Shown: positions 39,653-54,132 of the stretch, piece after piece | How positions within the stretch are numbered: the first letter of the stretch is position 1 | How the letters are laid out: the number at the start of each line of letters is the position of its first letter | DNA from: Octopus vulgaris | Taxonomy: Eukaryota | Length of the DNA stretch: 64,000 nucleotides | Assembly (NCBI GenBank): GCA_951406725.2 | Contig: OX597831.1 | Location: forward strand, 46,500,001-46,564,000 | Reading direction: 5' to 3' | Program-made: the position numbers and the translations under genes | Notes under the pieces: generated by a model | Seen by the model: only the letters and a program-made list of their open reading frames with translations | What the model was told of the DNA's origin: nothing | The model's database searches: none

Positions 39653-39870
39653 AAGCAGTGAGCTGGAAGAATCGTTAGCACGACGAGCAAAATGCTTAGC
39701 GGCATTTCGTCCGTCTTTACGCACTGAGTTCAAATTCCGCTGACGTCGACTTTGTCTTTCATCCTCTCAGGGTCGATAAAATAAGTACCAGTTGAGAACA
39801 GGATGCGATGTAATCAACATGCTCCATCACCCGAACTTGCTGGCTTTGTGCCAAAATTCGAAACCAATAT
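39653..39870 (+). mobile_element. SINE family A
   Basis: gcagtgagctggaagaatcgttagca...gagttcaaattccgc; TSD-like tattcactaatgtta / tattcattaacatta. Confidence 0.88.
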
Positions 39871-41043
39871 TCATTAACATTATCGTGTACCGCTGTTGGT
39901 AACACTATGGAATACTACTAAAAGCACTCTATGGGACAAAACTGCAAAGAGGTTTATATTCTCGCTTGTATGACTGTTAATGCACCTGAGAAAGAAATGA
40001 GCGCTAGACACTTTTACATCTCATTTCCTCTATACTGAGGAGGTCTTTAATATGCATAGAATTTCAATATTTGTCATAGATAATAGGTTAGAGGTGTACG
40101 ACAAGGTAGAATGCAGGATTAAACGTATAATTTCAGAAGCAGCAGAGTACCATCCTAAATGCCTTGCAGGATTTAGTTACATTTTCTTATGTTCTAGCTG
40201 TTTGAATACGTCTCAGTTTGACACTTCTATTGATTCGTCCGATGTCAATAAAACAATGACCAGCAACGCAGTGGAGGCGACCTAGCACACTGAAACCCAT
40301 CCCTTCAAAAGTGTGACAAATATATCAAAGTCGGAAATCAATATTTACTATAGAATTCGTTTCCACTAACAGTCAAACTTTCTGCCATTTCTAACTGCAA
40401 TAACTCTCTTGTCAAAAAGGTTAAATTTCTTCATTTTATTACATATATAACAGGTGATACATACATAATACAAAAACACATTAAAGTATTAATGGAAAAC
40501 CGAAGGAAACACAAACATGAGCGAAGAAAGAAGAAAAATGAGGTTAAAGGGGAAAAAGAAAGAAAACAAAATGTGTTTCATTCGGGTTTGGATTTGTGTT
40601 TTAATGTGATTTTGCATTATATATGTATTATATTCATAGTGTTATATATGTAATAAAATAAAGAATAAACTGAAACCTAAAAAAAATATATGTTAAACTA
40701 GCTTTATTTGGATGATATAAAAATAATAATAGAAAAACAAAATAGAGGATAACAAAGGTCAAGAGATGGGTGTAGAACTAAACGAAGAAAGTAGAATAAA
40801 AAATAACCATAACAACGACCAAATCCAATATCAACACGAACAACGAAAATAATACACACACACACACACATACACACACGCACGCACAAAATAAAACGAA
40901 TATATTTCAAAATAAAAATAAAAAGGAAGCTATTTTCTGATTTTCTTCTCTAACGGTGAAGAGCTTTCAAATTTACTACCAACTTCTGTTGTTTAATCTG
41001 TCGTCTGCTCGTTTGATTTGAAAATAACACACACAAAAAAATA

Positions 41044-41173
<130 letters not shown>

Positions 41174-41829
41174 GAGGTTGTGAAAAAATGAGCCTTGCGG
41201 AATATTGGCAAAACATGTAGCGAAGTCATTAGAAAATATATTAAAAATGTTTCCGGGAGGCATGTCGGTTGAGTATCTCATTATTGGAAAAAGGAAAATA
41301 AATGAATATGAACAAAAATGAAAAAAAATGGCGGTAGTAAATGTAGGCCAACCATAGAGAGAAGTGGAAAATGAAGAACGTTATCTAATTGTTGGGAGGC
41401 TGGCATTTATCGTATTATCTTCAAAGCTTATATAGTGGATAGATATCAAACTTCCACAAAAGTAATACGCCGAGAAACACCCGCGCAACACACACAGACA
41501 CATGCAGACACATACATGCATGCATACACACACATACATACACGCGCGCACGCACACACATCTACGCACACACACACACACACACACAGAAACATAGACA
41601 GAGAGTGAAAGGTAGACGTATTTGTGTGTATTACGAACAAACTCACCTGTTTTGTTTTGTGTGTGTGTGTGTGTGTGTGTGCGTGCGTGTGTGCGCGTGC
41701 GTGTGTGCGCGTGCGTGTGCGCGCGTGTGTGCGTGTGTGTGTGTGTGTATTTAAATAACTATTTTTTGTTGCTTGTGTCCTGTATATTAATTTGATGGAT
41801 AAAACAGATAAATAGATCGAACGATCGAT

Positions 41830-41876
41830 TGATAGATAGGTTAGATAGAAAGAAAGAAAGATAGACAAAAAGAAAT

Positions 41877-41913
<37 letters not shown>

Positions 41914-42155
41914 AAGAGAGATAGAAAGAGAGATAGATAAATAGCTACATAAATAGATAGATAGTTAGATAGATATATACATAGACAGACAGATAGATAG
42001 ATAGATAGAAAGAGAGATAGATAAATAGCTAGATAAATAGATAGTTAGATAGATAGATATATACATAGACAGACAGATAGATAGATAGATAGAAAGAGAG
42101 ATAGATAAATAGCTAGATAAATAGATAGTTAGATAGATAGATATATACATAGACA

Positions 42156-42193
<38 letters not shown>

Positions 42194-42270
42194 TAGATAG
42201 ATAGAAAGAGAGATACATAAATAGCTAGATAAATAGATAGATAGTTAGATAGATAGATATATACATAGAC

Positions 42271-42322
<52 letters not shown>

Positions 42323-42331
42323 CGATCGATC

Positions 42332-42372
<41 letters not shown>
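41830..42372. repeat. (TAGA)n array with ~84 bp higher-order repeat
   Basis: Unit agaaagagagatagataaatagctagataaatagatagttagatag... recurs near 41923, 42007, 42091 and 42203. Confidence 0.85.
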
Positions 42373-42909
42373 CTTATTGCGTTAATAATAGCAATGCTGA
42401 TACTGCAATCTGTTTGAAACTGGTGTTAAGAGTTAATTGTCTAGCTCTCACACATGCGAAGTCCAATGCTAATATAGTTTTAAATATGTGTGTCTGTGTA
42501 TACAGACATAGATACACACAGACGCACACACACACACACATGTATGTTATGTGGGGTGTGTGTGTGTGCATGCGTGTCTGTTTCGAAGTTAAGAAATGAA
42601 CTAAGGAAATTAACTTAGTGGGCGAGTGATATGGATTTGCGAGGTCTTGTTATTCAACGGGGTACGCCAAAAACCTAATTTGACTTAATTTCTCTCCAAG
42701 CTGGCGAAAGAAAACAAAACTCTAATGGTATTTGTTATTAACTCATAAAAATGAAAGTAGTGATAATTTCAAAAAAAAAAAAAAAATTATGATTAATATT
42801 ATCAAATTAATCTACATGGAAAATCTTATACTTGTTCGGAGCTGACGCTAAAAGTTAAATATTCCTTTTATATACATGTGTAGAAATGAAACAAACGATC
42901 TTAATACAT

Positions 42910-43120
42910 CTGCTCGATTAGTAAGGCGTACCAGAGAAAATGCTTAACGGCATTTCTTCTGTCTTTACGTTGTGAGTTCAAGTTCTGCTGTGGTCGGCTT
43001 TGTCATTTATCCTTTTGGGGTCGATAAAATAAGTACCAGTTGAGTACTGGGATCGATTTCATCGACTCAATTCCCACTCCTCCAGACTGCTAACTTTCTG
43101 CCAAAATTTGAAACCGATAC
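42910..43120 (+). mobile_element. Diverged SINE family A
   Basis: gagttcaagttctgc...ttttggggtcgataaaataagtaccagttgag. Confidence 0.75.
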
Positions 43121-44399
43121 TATTGGTCTTGTGCCAACTTTAGACGGAAATATATTTAAATATTTTTATGGACTGCTATAAACCAAGGCGTTGTGTATTT
43201 TCAATACTTCCAAAAAAATTTCCTCTGATGGCTTACTCTTTCTATAGTCCACTGTGTGTATGAACTAAGTAACTTTTTATAACTAAAACTATCCTGCGTA
43301 TAGTAAGAAAATACTATGGAAGTCATTTGACAACATGGATTAATTACAGAAAGGCATTCGATGTTATCCCTCATTCGTGATTGCTGGATTCACTGCTTTA
43401 CTTGTTGCCTTTTGAATGGTTAACAAAACCCTAGTCAATAATACTTGCACATATAATTGCAAGTCGGACGATTGTCTCCGTTGTTATAAATCTTACAAAA
43501 GAAATATTCGTTTGAGATAATATGTGTGTTCTGTTTAATTTGCTTCTCAACGCATAGTAATTTTGTTTACAAAAACCTAGCAATTATATTTTAAGGTTTA
43601 CACTGGCAAGATACATAATCGTAACCCGTAACTTCATTGTAGAAAATCTAAGGAACTACAGTAGAATTCTTCACAATGCTGAGGAAGAGCTTGAATTTAG
43701 TTACATTTTCCATGGATAGAGGAAAGGAATTCGTCCAAGAAAATTGTCAAATTTGAGAGATAAAGAGAAAACCCAAAGCATTACTTCTGGTTCACACAAT
43801 GTAGGCGATATATACTAAGGTATTGATGTTTATTTGTATCATACAAAGGATTTTGTGAACAAAGTGTAACCAATGAATATAATGCCTGACTTAGAAATTC
43901 GGGGCGTACTTCTTACAATATCTATCAATACAATTGTACTAGTACAAATATTTTGGATACTAGGCTACACTATAGAGAAAACTCACTCACTAGATATTAA
44001 AAGAAATTTCCTCTCTTTTAAAACCTGCATGATCATAACATCAACGGTAAGTTTCTACAGAAGTTATATACACAAGTTTTGTCTCGGAAGAAAAGAGGAA
44101 GTAAGAGGCTAAAAATAAAATCAAGTAGCCCTTAAATATTGGATGAAATGATATCACACTGTCAGCTTCTAGATAACAACAGCAAAGATAAATACATCGA
44201 TTAAGAGCTCAGAAGGGAAAAGAACATATTTGTACTAGTACAATTGTATTGTTAGAATGCTCTCTTTATGATGACGATCTATACTTGACCAGAATAGAAT
44301 TACTATACGACTAGCGTACCTCATAAAAGACCTGGAAAACAAATATTCTGCACACTAAAAGAAAAAGGGCCCACTTTGATGTACCTATATATTTATATA

Positions 44400-45205
44400 T
44401 CTTAATATATAAAATCCATTTCGTCTGTCTATCTGTTTGTGCTCTTATAACTCGAGTATTGTTCATTCGATCGCGCTGAAATTTTAAACATGGATACATG
44501 AGAGAGCTGGGCGTTCCGTAATCTAAAACGATTTTCAAAATCGTTAGTTTCAAAGTGAGAATCGCTATTTTTGTAATCTTTAATGTCCTGTTTGTTACAC
44601 CATTAAAACAATCAGTTGCTCACACAACCGGCATATACCATTTCGCTAGCAACAAGGAAAGTACAGGATGACAGTCAGTCAAAACCGTCGCTATGCTGTC
44701 CCTCTTCTTTCCTCTCTCTGTGGGGTTAATAATCTTAATCTTTAGTTAAAGTTTCTCATTCAAACAACCTAATAGGCAGAATTGTCGGATTAAGACAGTA
44801 GGGTGTTTTGAGGGAGATTTTACAGTTATTTCTACCAGGTCTAGCTACCATATAGAGGTCGGCCTCATTGATATTATATATCCCTTATGCATTCCAAAAC
44901 CGAGTTACAGATTTTGACGTATGGGGTATCAAAAGATTCAGTACTATTTTGGCTACAAATTAAACTTAATTTTCATTCACATATTTGCATTTCAAAAGTT
45001 TAACATAATCTTTTCCATAAATTAACTATCGTAAAAATTTTATACGATTACGTCACATATTCTATATGTGTGTGTACCTTAAAATACGTCAATCATCGCG
45101 ACACACCCCTTCACTCATTCACTATCTCTCTTTCTCACCCTCTTTCTCTCGCACATACACACGCGCAAGCACGCACGCACCACATACACACGCACACTCA
45201 CACGT

Positions 45206-45271
<66 letters not shown>

Positions 45272-46420
45272 ACACACACACACGTCCATTTCATATAGAC
45301 GTACATACATCTTTCACTTTCTTTCTCTGTTCTTTTCGCTTTATCTTCTTTCAATTTCTGCTCTCTTGAAATAAAATTTTTACGGATACAACTGATTATA
45401 AAAATAGGGATTAATGTATAATTTCTTTCTATGTTCATAATGTTTTGTTTACAATATTGGGAAAAATATGCTACTAAAGAAAAGACGTAATCTCTCCAGA
45501 AACAAGTATAAAGCAAGGAGGATTGTAGAAAACCGAAGGCGAGAGTCTGAAGAGAGAAGCTAGATGAGATTTTCTCAACATCGGCAAATGCATGTTGCAG
45601 CACTTAATGCTGGATCATTAAATCAATGTTTTAATGATTAGGCAGATGTCCAATAGGATAGCTCTCAGAAACAGACTACGTACGAATTCTTTCTTCACAA
45701 CTCCTGAAGCTGTTTTCAGATATGATCCATCCCATTCTTATAAAAGTAATAACTCTGTCCAAATTAGTGTGCTAAACACAAATTGTCTTTTCTGTAGAGC
45801 TTTAACATTTTCGAATGAAACAAATGGTATGTGCTGCTCAGACGGTCAGGTAACATAGCCAGAACTACCAGCTCCTTCTCAACCTCTTATGGATCTTCTA
45901 GAAGGCATTTCCATCCAGTCAAAGGATTTTCTGAATAATATCAGACAATACAACCCTGAAAATGACATCGTTTGGTGCGTCTAAGAAGATAGATAAACAT
46001 GAATATACGACGACGCCAAAGTTCAAGGGCAAGTCTGTCACTTCATTGGTTCTCTGTTACCCACAAATAAACAACCATAGTTCCTCCAAATTTACTTTAT
46101 GAGTGATGTAGGACAGCAAACATGAAGGAAATGTCAACATTTCAGATGATAGGTCGCGTTAGACAGCGCGCCGACTGCTGTATATCTACTGACAGCTTCT
46201 CGGTGCGTTCAAATATCACATAACTCCCACAGGTTAGGGTCTGAAATACTCCAAACAGACACATAGCATGTTGCTTAGTCGAATTAGTCCATCATTTGCT
46301 CTACAAATGTTTTGTTGTCAATGCTGCACTTTCCCATATCGCCTATTTCAACATAACTGTAAAATATTATATACAAAATATGCCATTTTTATTCTGAGCA
46401 ACGCCGGGTGTCTCTGCTAG
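44400..46420 (+). mobile_element. Helitron deletion derivative
   Basis: A|TC 5' end and CTAG|T 3' end; internal RepHel remnant. Confidence 0.85.
45700..46105 (+). pseudogene. Helitron RepHel N-terminal fragment
   Basis: CLFCRAL..NETNGMCCSDGQV*PEL...FLNNIRQYN..MTSFGA..KVQGQVCHFIGSLLP..FLQIYF with stops and frameshifts. Confidence 0.85.
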
Positions 46421-46422
46421 TA

Positions 46423-46515
<93 letters not shown>

Positions 46516-46560
46516 CTCCCTCTCTCTCTATATATATACACATACATACATACATATATA

Positions 46561-46934
46561 CAGGGTGATACGAAAGTCGCCATACATAGGAACAATTTAT
46601 CTTTTTATAAGAAACAGTTTATAAGAAAAGGTTGTTTTTTTTTATCTTATAGGCTTTGTATGGTTACCATTGTTTTGAATACACGTTGCAATACGGTAAC
46701 CCCACTCATTGTGAACTCGTAATAGCACAACTGGTGATACGTATGCAAATGAGTTGGTGATGCGTTCATTCAAATGGTTTATGTCTTTTATCTTTCCGCG
46801 ATACACCATGCCTTTCAAATGCCCCTAAAGTTAGAAATCAAGAGGGGTCAGCTCAGGGTATCTAGGGGATCATATAAACTGATTCCCATAAAAAATATAT
46901 TTTTCCTATGTATGGAGACTTTTTAATCACCCTG
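46561..46934 (-). mobile_element. Tc1/mariner deletion derivative with TIRs and TA TSD
   Basis: TIRs cagggtgatacgaaagtcgccatacatagg / cctatgtatggagactttttaatcaccctg; PRYPELTPLDF*L*GHLKGMVY. Confidence 0.9.
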
Positions 46935-46947
46935 TATATATATATAA

Positions 46948-47140
46948 AATTTTGGCTCAAGGCCAGCAATATCAAGGAAGAGATAAGTCGATTATATTGA
47001 CCCCTAGTGCTCAACTGGTACTTATTTTATCACCTTGAAATGATAAATAGTAAAGTCGACCCCGGCAGAATTGAACTCAGATGAAATGTTGTTAAGCATT
47101 TTGTCCGTCGGGTTAACGATTATGCAAGCTCCTCGCCTTA
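46948..47140 (-). mobile_element. Diverged SINE family A
   Basis: caactggtacttattttatc...aaagtcgacc-cggcagaattgaactcag. Confidence 0.8.
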
Positions 47141-48647
47141 TATGTAAATATAAACAGTAACAAGCCATAAAATAAATTTTTATTTTTCAAAATGAAATAA
47201 AGTTAACAGGAAGATGGAAAATAAATAATGGTTTAGTTTTATACACTTCCATTTTATTTATATTTCAAAAGTTTTCTACTTTTTTTATAATTGCAAAGTC
47301 TTTGATCTAATATTCACTATTACGGCATGGACACTTCAAAATTATATAAATAACTTCGAATATTATTTTAGCAAGTTTAAAGCGATTTTTTTTTGTACCG
47401 TGAATCATTTATCATTGCTGTGGTGTGCCCCTTCCCTTGATGCCCTCAGCATTTGCTTATTTTGCTTAATGGTTAATCCAGAGTGTGCATGGGTATACTT
47501 CCTGAAAACTTGAGAACAAAGGCAATATCGACGGGAAATTTAACTTCTGTTGTATAAGAGGCGTTACAACGAAACAGCAGAACATTTGGACGGTTACTCT
47601 TTTGAAATTTCAGAGAAGATAGCTGCAAAGAGGTTAAAAAGCGACGAGGAATTCATTGAATCCCTTAACGTAACCAAAAATATCCATTATGTCACAGTTT
47701 GTAAATCAGCAGCAACCCCAAAATATCACTATGGTAGTATTTTTCGAAGCAGCATGGTGTTGAAAATGCAATACACAATATATACCACAAAAGCTGAAAG
47801 CTCTGGGGGTAAATATTGCAAATACTTCTATTTTTGAGTACATACGTGTGATTCGACACACGAAATATTAGCAAAAGAACTTCCTCAAAACATCTCCCAT
47901 ATCTAATATAACAGGTTGAGGTATTGTTTGATGCAGATATGAAGAACTATGAACAGCCATAGAGCTCAGCTACGCTGAATAGGTTAATATTTCTTTGTAA
48001 AATAGAATAACTACGGACAATTGCTTCGAAACTCACAACCTCTCTATCAAGATTATAAATTCACTTCTATACCTGGAAATATTGATTTTCAGGTAAAAGA
48101 AGAGGATATTGAAAATTCGCTTTTTCGAATACTAACCCCAAAGCGGAAAAGAAAATATAACTTTTTCTCGATTCAACGTATAACGCTCAACCGTCGCGTT
48201 TGAATTTCAGCAATGGAGTGTTCTTTCTTTGTTAAAAAGCAGCCCCTACTTTAAAGAAAAATTCAAATGGTAAAAAGGAATCATACATACATACATACAT
48301 ACATACATACATACATACATACATGCATACATACATACATACATACATACATACATACATACATACATACATACATAAATACATTCATAACTACATACAT
48401 GCACACATAAATAAATACATACATGCGTACAAATACATACATACATACATACATACATGCATAAATACATGCATATATACTGTACTTCTACACACATATA
48501 TACATACATACATCCATACATACATACACGCATCCATACATGCATACACACATACATTTATACATACATACACACATATAGAAATACACACATACATACA
48601 TCCATACATACATACATACATAATACATACTTACATACATATATACA

Positions 48648-48685
<38 letters not shown>

Positions 48686-48754
48686 CACACACATGCTAAA
48701 AAATATACATGCGTGTACAATGAAGAATTAAAATCCCACGTCATATCTATATTT

Positions 48755-49170
48755 TTTACTTGCTTCAGTCATTTGACTGCAGCCATGCAGGGGCACCGCC
48801 TTGAAGGGTTTTAGTCGAACAAACCGACCCTAGGATTTATTTTTTAAAAGCCTACTACTCATCTTATCGATCTCTTTGGCCGAATTGCCAAGTTACGGGA
48901 ACGTAAACACATCAACACCGATTTTCAAGTGTTGGTGGGGGACAAACATAGACACAAAGACACACACACATAGATATATACACATATTTGTAAACGACAG
49001 GCTTCTCTCAGTTTCCTTCGACCAAATCCACTCACAAGGCTTTGGTTGGCCCGAGGCTATAGTAGAAGACACCTTCCCAAGGTGCCACGCAGTGAGACCG
49101 AAACCGGGACCATTCGGATGTGAAACCAGGACCATTTGGATGTGAAACAAGCTTCTTACCACACAACCAC
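48755..49170 (-). mobile_element. SINE family B, near full length
   Basis: Reverse complement of the family B body; small internal duplication gaaacc-ggaccatt-ggatgt. Confidence 0.9.
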
Positions 49171-49242
49171 AATATATAATACAGTCACAATATGTATCTG
49201 TATTCTTTGATTCCGAGTATGTTTATCTATATAGATTCTGTT

Positions 49243-49940
49243 ATTATCTCCGCATTAGCGAAGGCGGAGTTTGTTTTCAGTCATGTTTGTTTGTTTGTTT
49301 GCCCGTGGACAAACTATCTCAAGAACCGCGGTATAGATTCGGATGAAACATTCAGGGATGTTTGGTCCCGTTACTGACACGAACTGATTAGAGTTTGGGA
49401 TCGATCCGGTACCGGACAAGGATTCTGGATTATTTATCCTGCTTCTTTTACTTAATTTTTGAGAGCAGTCGGGTTCATTTTTAGTATTCTCTTTTGTGAG
49501 AGCAGTCGAGTTTATTTCAGATATTCTCATTTTTAAAATCATCTCCGGCTGATCGTTGAGAGGACATTGGTGTTGTCGTTAGCGTTGTATTTGAGTCAGT
49601 TGAGCTTGAAGTGTATACGCTCCATATGAGTACTGTTATTGTTAAAGAGTTATTTACTGAATTGTTGGATTATTGTTACCTGAAATTGTCGAACATGTTG
49701 TTACCGTTTTTTAAAATTTTCTTCCCCATTAATGGGTGAAGTTGCGAACAATATCGTTATGGAAGGTACACCACCAGTGCGAGCGGGTAGTTATGCTGCG
49801 GTGACTGGCAAAAGCCTGTCAGCAGAGGTACTGCAAGTTGGAGAAATTTACATTTCTCTATTGAGGCCTTGTGCCTAATTAAAGAAATAAGGACGTTGGT
49901 GTTGCCTTGGCAGGGGTTTGCGATCTCTGAGTGTTCTTGT
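49243..49940 (+). mobile_element. Helentron/HINE-like non-autonomous element with nested insert
   Basis: 5' ctccgcattagcgaaggcggag hairpin and (TTTG)n; 3' gccttggcaggggtttgcgatctctgagtgttcttgt. Confidence 0.6.
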
Positions 49941-50222
49941 TATAATTTGATTCTGTCTTTTATCTATATATTCTTTATTTGTCAACCATCTTGTATCGGT
50001 ATATTTTCTTTTCTTTTTTGTATTTTCTGACTATAAGTGTATCTTGATCCCAGCTGCGACTGAGAACTACAGGAATGCAAAGTGAAACTGCGAGTGGATA
50101 AAGCGAGGAACATGTTTAAAATGTTTAAAAATATCTTACCTATGAGCTACAGGTGTGAGAATGAGTCAGAATAATTGCAGTGCTATACAATTTATTGCAC
50201 AATATCTTACCTATGAGCTACA

Positions 50223-50295
<73 letters not shown>

Positions 50296-50344
50296 GCCTG
50301 TCTATTTGTCTGTCTGGCTGTCTATCACCTACCTAATTATCTAT

Positions 50345-50436
<92 letters not shown>

Positions 50437-50688
50437 ACATACATACATACATACATACATACATACACTTAGGGGTGGATAAGTAGTCAGCTAATCAGTT
50501 TATTAATTAGCTAGTTATATATATATATCTGTAGAAGCTCCTTCTATAAAATAAATTAATTTACTCTGCTATGTATTGAGTACCTTATTTACTGTGGTTA
50601 ACCCCGACTCAACCCGGGACCTACATATATATATATATATATATAGGTGAGAAAGTTGGTGTGTGAAAGCACGTGGTTGAATATATAG

Positions 50689-50918
50689 AAAATAGTAAAA
50701 AGTGAAAAAACTACAGAAGGCTTGTTTTAAAAGGTTAAAAAATATATATTTGAGTCATTATGTCAGAAGAATGTTATAAATTTTTTTCTTACACTGACAT
50801 AGTTTTTGATGTCACTGTATGAAAAAATTTATAACATTCTTCTGACATAATGACTCAAATATATATTTTTTAACCTTTTAAAACAAGCCTTCTGTAGTTT
50901 TTTCACTTTTTACTATTT

Positions 50919-50919
<1 letters not shown>
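50689..50919. repeat. Inverted repeat with ~99 bp near-perfect arms, probable inverted pLTR
   Basis: 50689-50787 is the reverse complement of 50822-50919; imperfect symmetry continues into the spacer. Confidence 0.92.
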
Positions 50920-51002
<83 letters not shown>

Positions 51003-51277
51003 GTGAGTAAGTTTTGAGAGATAAATCATTTGCAGCACAAGTACCTGACTGGATAACAGAAAATTAGATAGACACGCAGGCCACAAAGTTATAATGGGAT
51101 ATGAGAAAATGAAACGTACACAAGAAGAACAGACGAACATAAATATCTACGGGTGTCCGCTCGACTTGTAGGCGCGCATACAATATGACTAAAGCTAAAG
51201 CGAAAAGGCAAAAACGTGTATGTATGTGTGTGTGTGTGTATGTGTGCGCACGCGCGTGGATACTTGTAAAATATATA

Positions 51278-51735
51278 TCTGTTATATAAAATCCGTTCTG
51301 CCTGTCTTTGTGTGTGTGTCTTCTAGGATCTCGGACATCTTCCATTCGATTGCGCTCAAATTTGATATGTAGATACCGACTGTATCAGGGCGTATATAAG
51401 ACTTGAAAAAATTACAAAAATCGATTCCAAGTGAGAATGCGATCGATAAAGCCGTGGGAATGTGCATTTGTACGTGCAAGTACATCAGCTGTTGCGATGT
51501 ACTTACTGGTACTTTAAACTCTTCGGTTGCATATTTGTGTGAATAAAATAGTTTTTCTTTGGAATACAAAAAAAGTCTATCTTTATTTCTTCTTTTGCTG
51601 GTGTCTCAAATTTAGGTTAAATCAGTGTTTCTCAAAGGGGAGGCCTATGGTACGGTCGGACAAGTTGTTTTGAGAGAATTTGGCTTAAATGTTTCACAAC
51701 TCAGCACCGTCCATTGGACGGAAGGCGTTTGCTCG
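51278..51735 (+). mobile_element. Short Helitron-like element
   Basis: A|TC...CTCG|T ends; homologous to 29831-30186. Confidence 0.72.
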
Positions 51736-52569
51736 TATGTATGTATAACTTTATATAGTTATATACATAAAGATATATATTTATATATACTTTTTGTATT
51801 CTCATACATGCGAGAATGCATATATGAGAATGACATTCTACTCGATATATCTTGTACATAGAGAAGTTAGAACGTATGCTTATATGTGTGTTCCAATATA
51901 AATGTTATGAGTAGGCATTATTGTGTGTGTCTGTATATACAGTTTTGGATAGTGTAGGCACTTTAATACAAACTTGAATATATGTATGTGCAGTTGTATG
52001 AATCAAGGTATTTGACAGACAGAAATGGTCTTCTAAGACTCGTCGGCGATTGTTAGGCCGAACAGGTTTGCCAAAAAGCTGGAACTTCTCTTGTGACACA
52101 ATCTAACTTGACTACACTGTTGTGTCCATTTTTAACATTTCACCTCTTCATCATGCGTTACTTTCCTTCCCAGATGAGGATATAATTTGGTTTTTATACT
52201 GTATATACAGTCACTAGTTGTGAACAGATTCAGTCACTACTGAAGCTAAATTAACATTGTAAACTCGTTAACAAGAAAATAATATATACATATACAAATA
52301 AGACCAACCATTTTTTCCAATCTCCCGTTTTCGCACATACATACATACACACATGCATACATATATATACATATATACATACATACATACATACATACAT
52401 ACATACATACATACATACAAGTATGCATATCTATGTATGCATATATATATGTGTGGGTGTGTGTATAACCATATATATATATATATATATATATACAGAA
52501 AGAGAGAAAAAGATATATATATATATAAGATGTATATATATATAGATGTAGATACATACAAACATATGC

Positions 52570-52629
<60 letters not shown>

Positions 52630-52646
52630 CTCTCTATCTATCTATC

Positions 52647-52677
<31 letters not shown>

Positions 52678-53199
52678 CTATCTAGATAAATATACCGAAT
52701 AAAAGAAAATGTATTTGAAAAATACAATGAAAATGATAAAGAAGATGAAAACAAAAAGATGATTAATGGCAAATATATAACAGATGAAAGAGAAGACAAA
52801 ATAAGTTTAAGAAAGAAGAAAATAAAAAAAAATCAAATGTAATAAAAAAACAATAGAAAGAAAAGCGCACAAACACCATTTTGTGAGATAATCCTACCCC
52901 TCATTGCATCACTTATTTCTAATTTTATATTGATGTGAAACATAGTGTCTCAACTGATTCAATTTAAAAAAAAAATTGTCACATTTATCATTGGTTGATT
53001 TAACCGTTGTTCAACAATGATTCCCTCTCCTTGATAAATGTATTTGTAGGCATTTCAATGATATGTAGGAAAATTGATAGTGCAGAGCTGTTAAACCTAC
53101 GCCTACAACCTCTTCCCTGCCTAACCGGGTTTGGGACCGGCTATACTGGATTGTTAGCAAATACATAGTCTTAATTTAAAGTCACCGTGTTTGTACCCC

Positions 53200-53360
53200 A
53201 CCTCCTTGGACTATCGTGGTGGGACTACATCAACAATGATGAGGTCATGCGGCTAGACAACCTATCAGATATCATCAAGAAGCGAAGATTGCGATTGATC
53301 GAACATATAATACGACTACCGGAACACAGGCTGTCACACACTGCAGTGACACGGAGACCG
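53200..53360 (+). mobile_element. RTE LINE C-terminal fragment
   Basis: LLGLSWWDYINNDEVM...IIKKRRLRLIEHIIRLPEHR. Confidence 0.75.
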
Positions 53361-53371
53361 GCTGTCACACT

Positions 53372-53620
53372 CTGGTGGCTTAGTGGTTAGGGTGTCAGCA
53401 TCATGATCGTAAGATTGTGGTTTCGATTCATGGACCGGGCGACGCGTTGTGTTCTTGAGCAAAACACTTAATTTCCCGTTGCTCCAGTCCACTCAGCTGG
53501 CAAAAATGAGTAACGCTGCGATGGACTGGCGTCCCGTCCAACTGGGGAACACATACGCCATTGAAACCGGGAAACCAGGCCCATGAGCCTGGCTAGGCTT
53601 TAAAAGGGCGCATTTATTTT
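53372..53620 (+). mobile_element. tRNA-derived SINE family D (related to C)
   Basis: tggcttagtggttaggg A box and gtttcgattc B box; gttcttgagcaaaacactt; 3' ggactggcgtcccgtcca shared with 60390-60410. Confidence 0.8.
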
Positions 53621-54132
53621 CTATTTATTACTTCAAACATGGACGTTGATAATCTGTATGCTACACTGACTGGACTACTTTGTGAAATCTTTTGAATATA
53701 GAAGACTAATGTGATTCCAGTACATTACAGGGTCTAACTGCCGAACTGAGAAGCCCAAAAGGTAATATCAGTTCATGCGAATATATAACTAAACACCACA
53801 AGGTATTTTACTATTTCTACCCTCCATCACATTTAATGAGATTCCTTATTGAGAACATAAATATTCATACGCGTAGGGCGGTTGAGTATATAGACATATA
53901 CATATTATGTGTGTGCATGCACGTGTGTTCATATATGTATGTATATGCATATGTCATTATTCAGTTTATTTGAAGATTTCTTGCCAATAGAGAAAGAATC
54001 TGTTTCTAACCTGAATCCAAGGCTCCTTCATTGGAATTTCAACATCAACAACAGGGTATTTGTGTATGTATGTATGTATGTATGTATGTATGTATGTATG
54101 CATGTATGTATGTATGTATGTATGTATGTATA

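Noticed and set aside
40052-40285. AAEYHPKC motif reminiscent of DNA-transposon proteins
   Set aside because: Single short motif with no termini; cannot be supported
41830-42372. Regular repeats that might suggest a CRISPR array
   Set aside because: No unique spacers; a eukaryotic satellite built from TAGA
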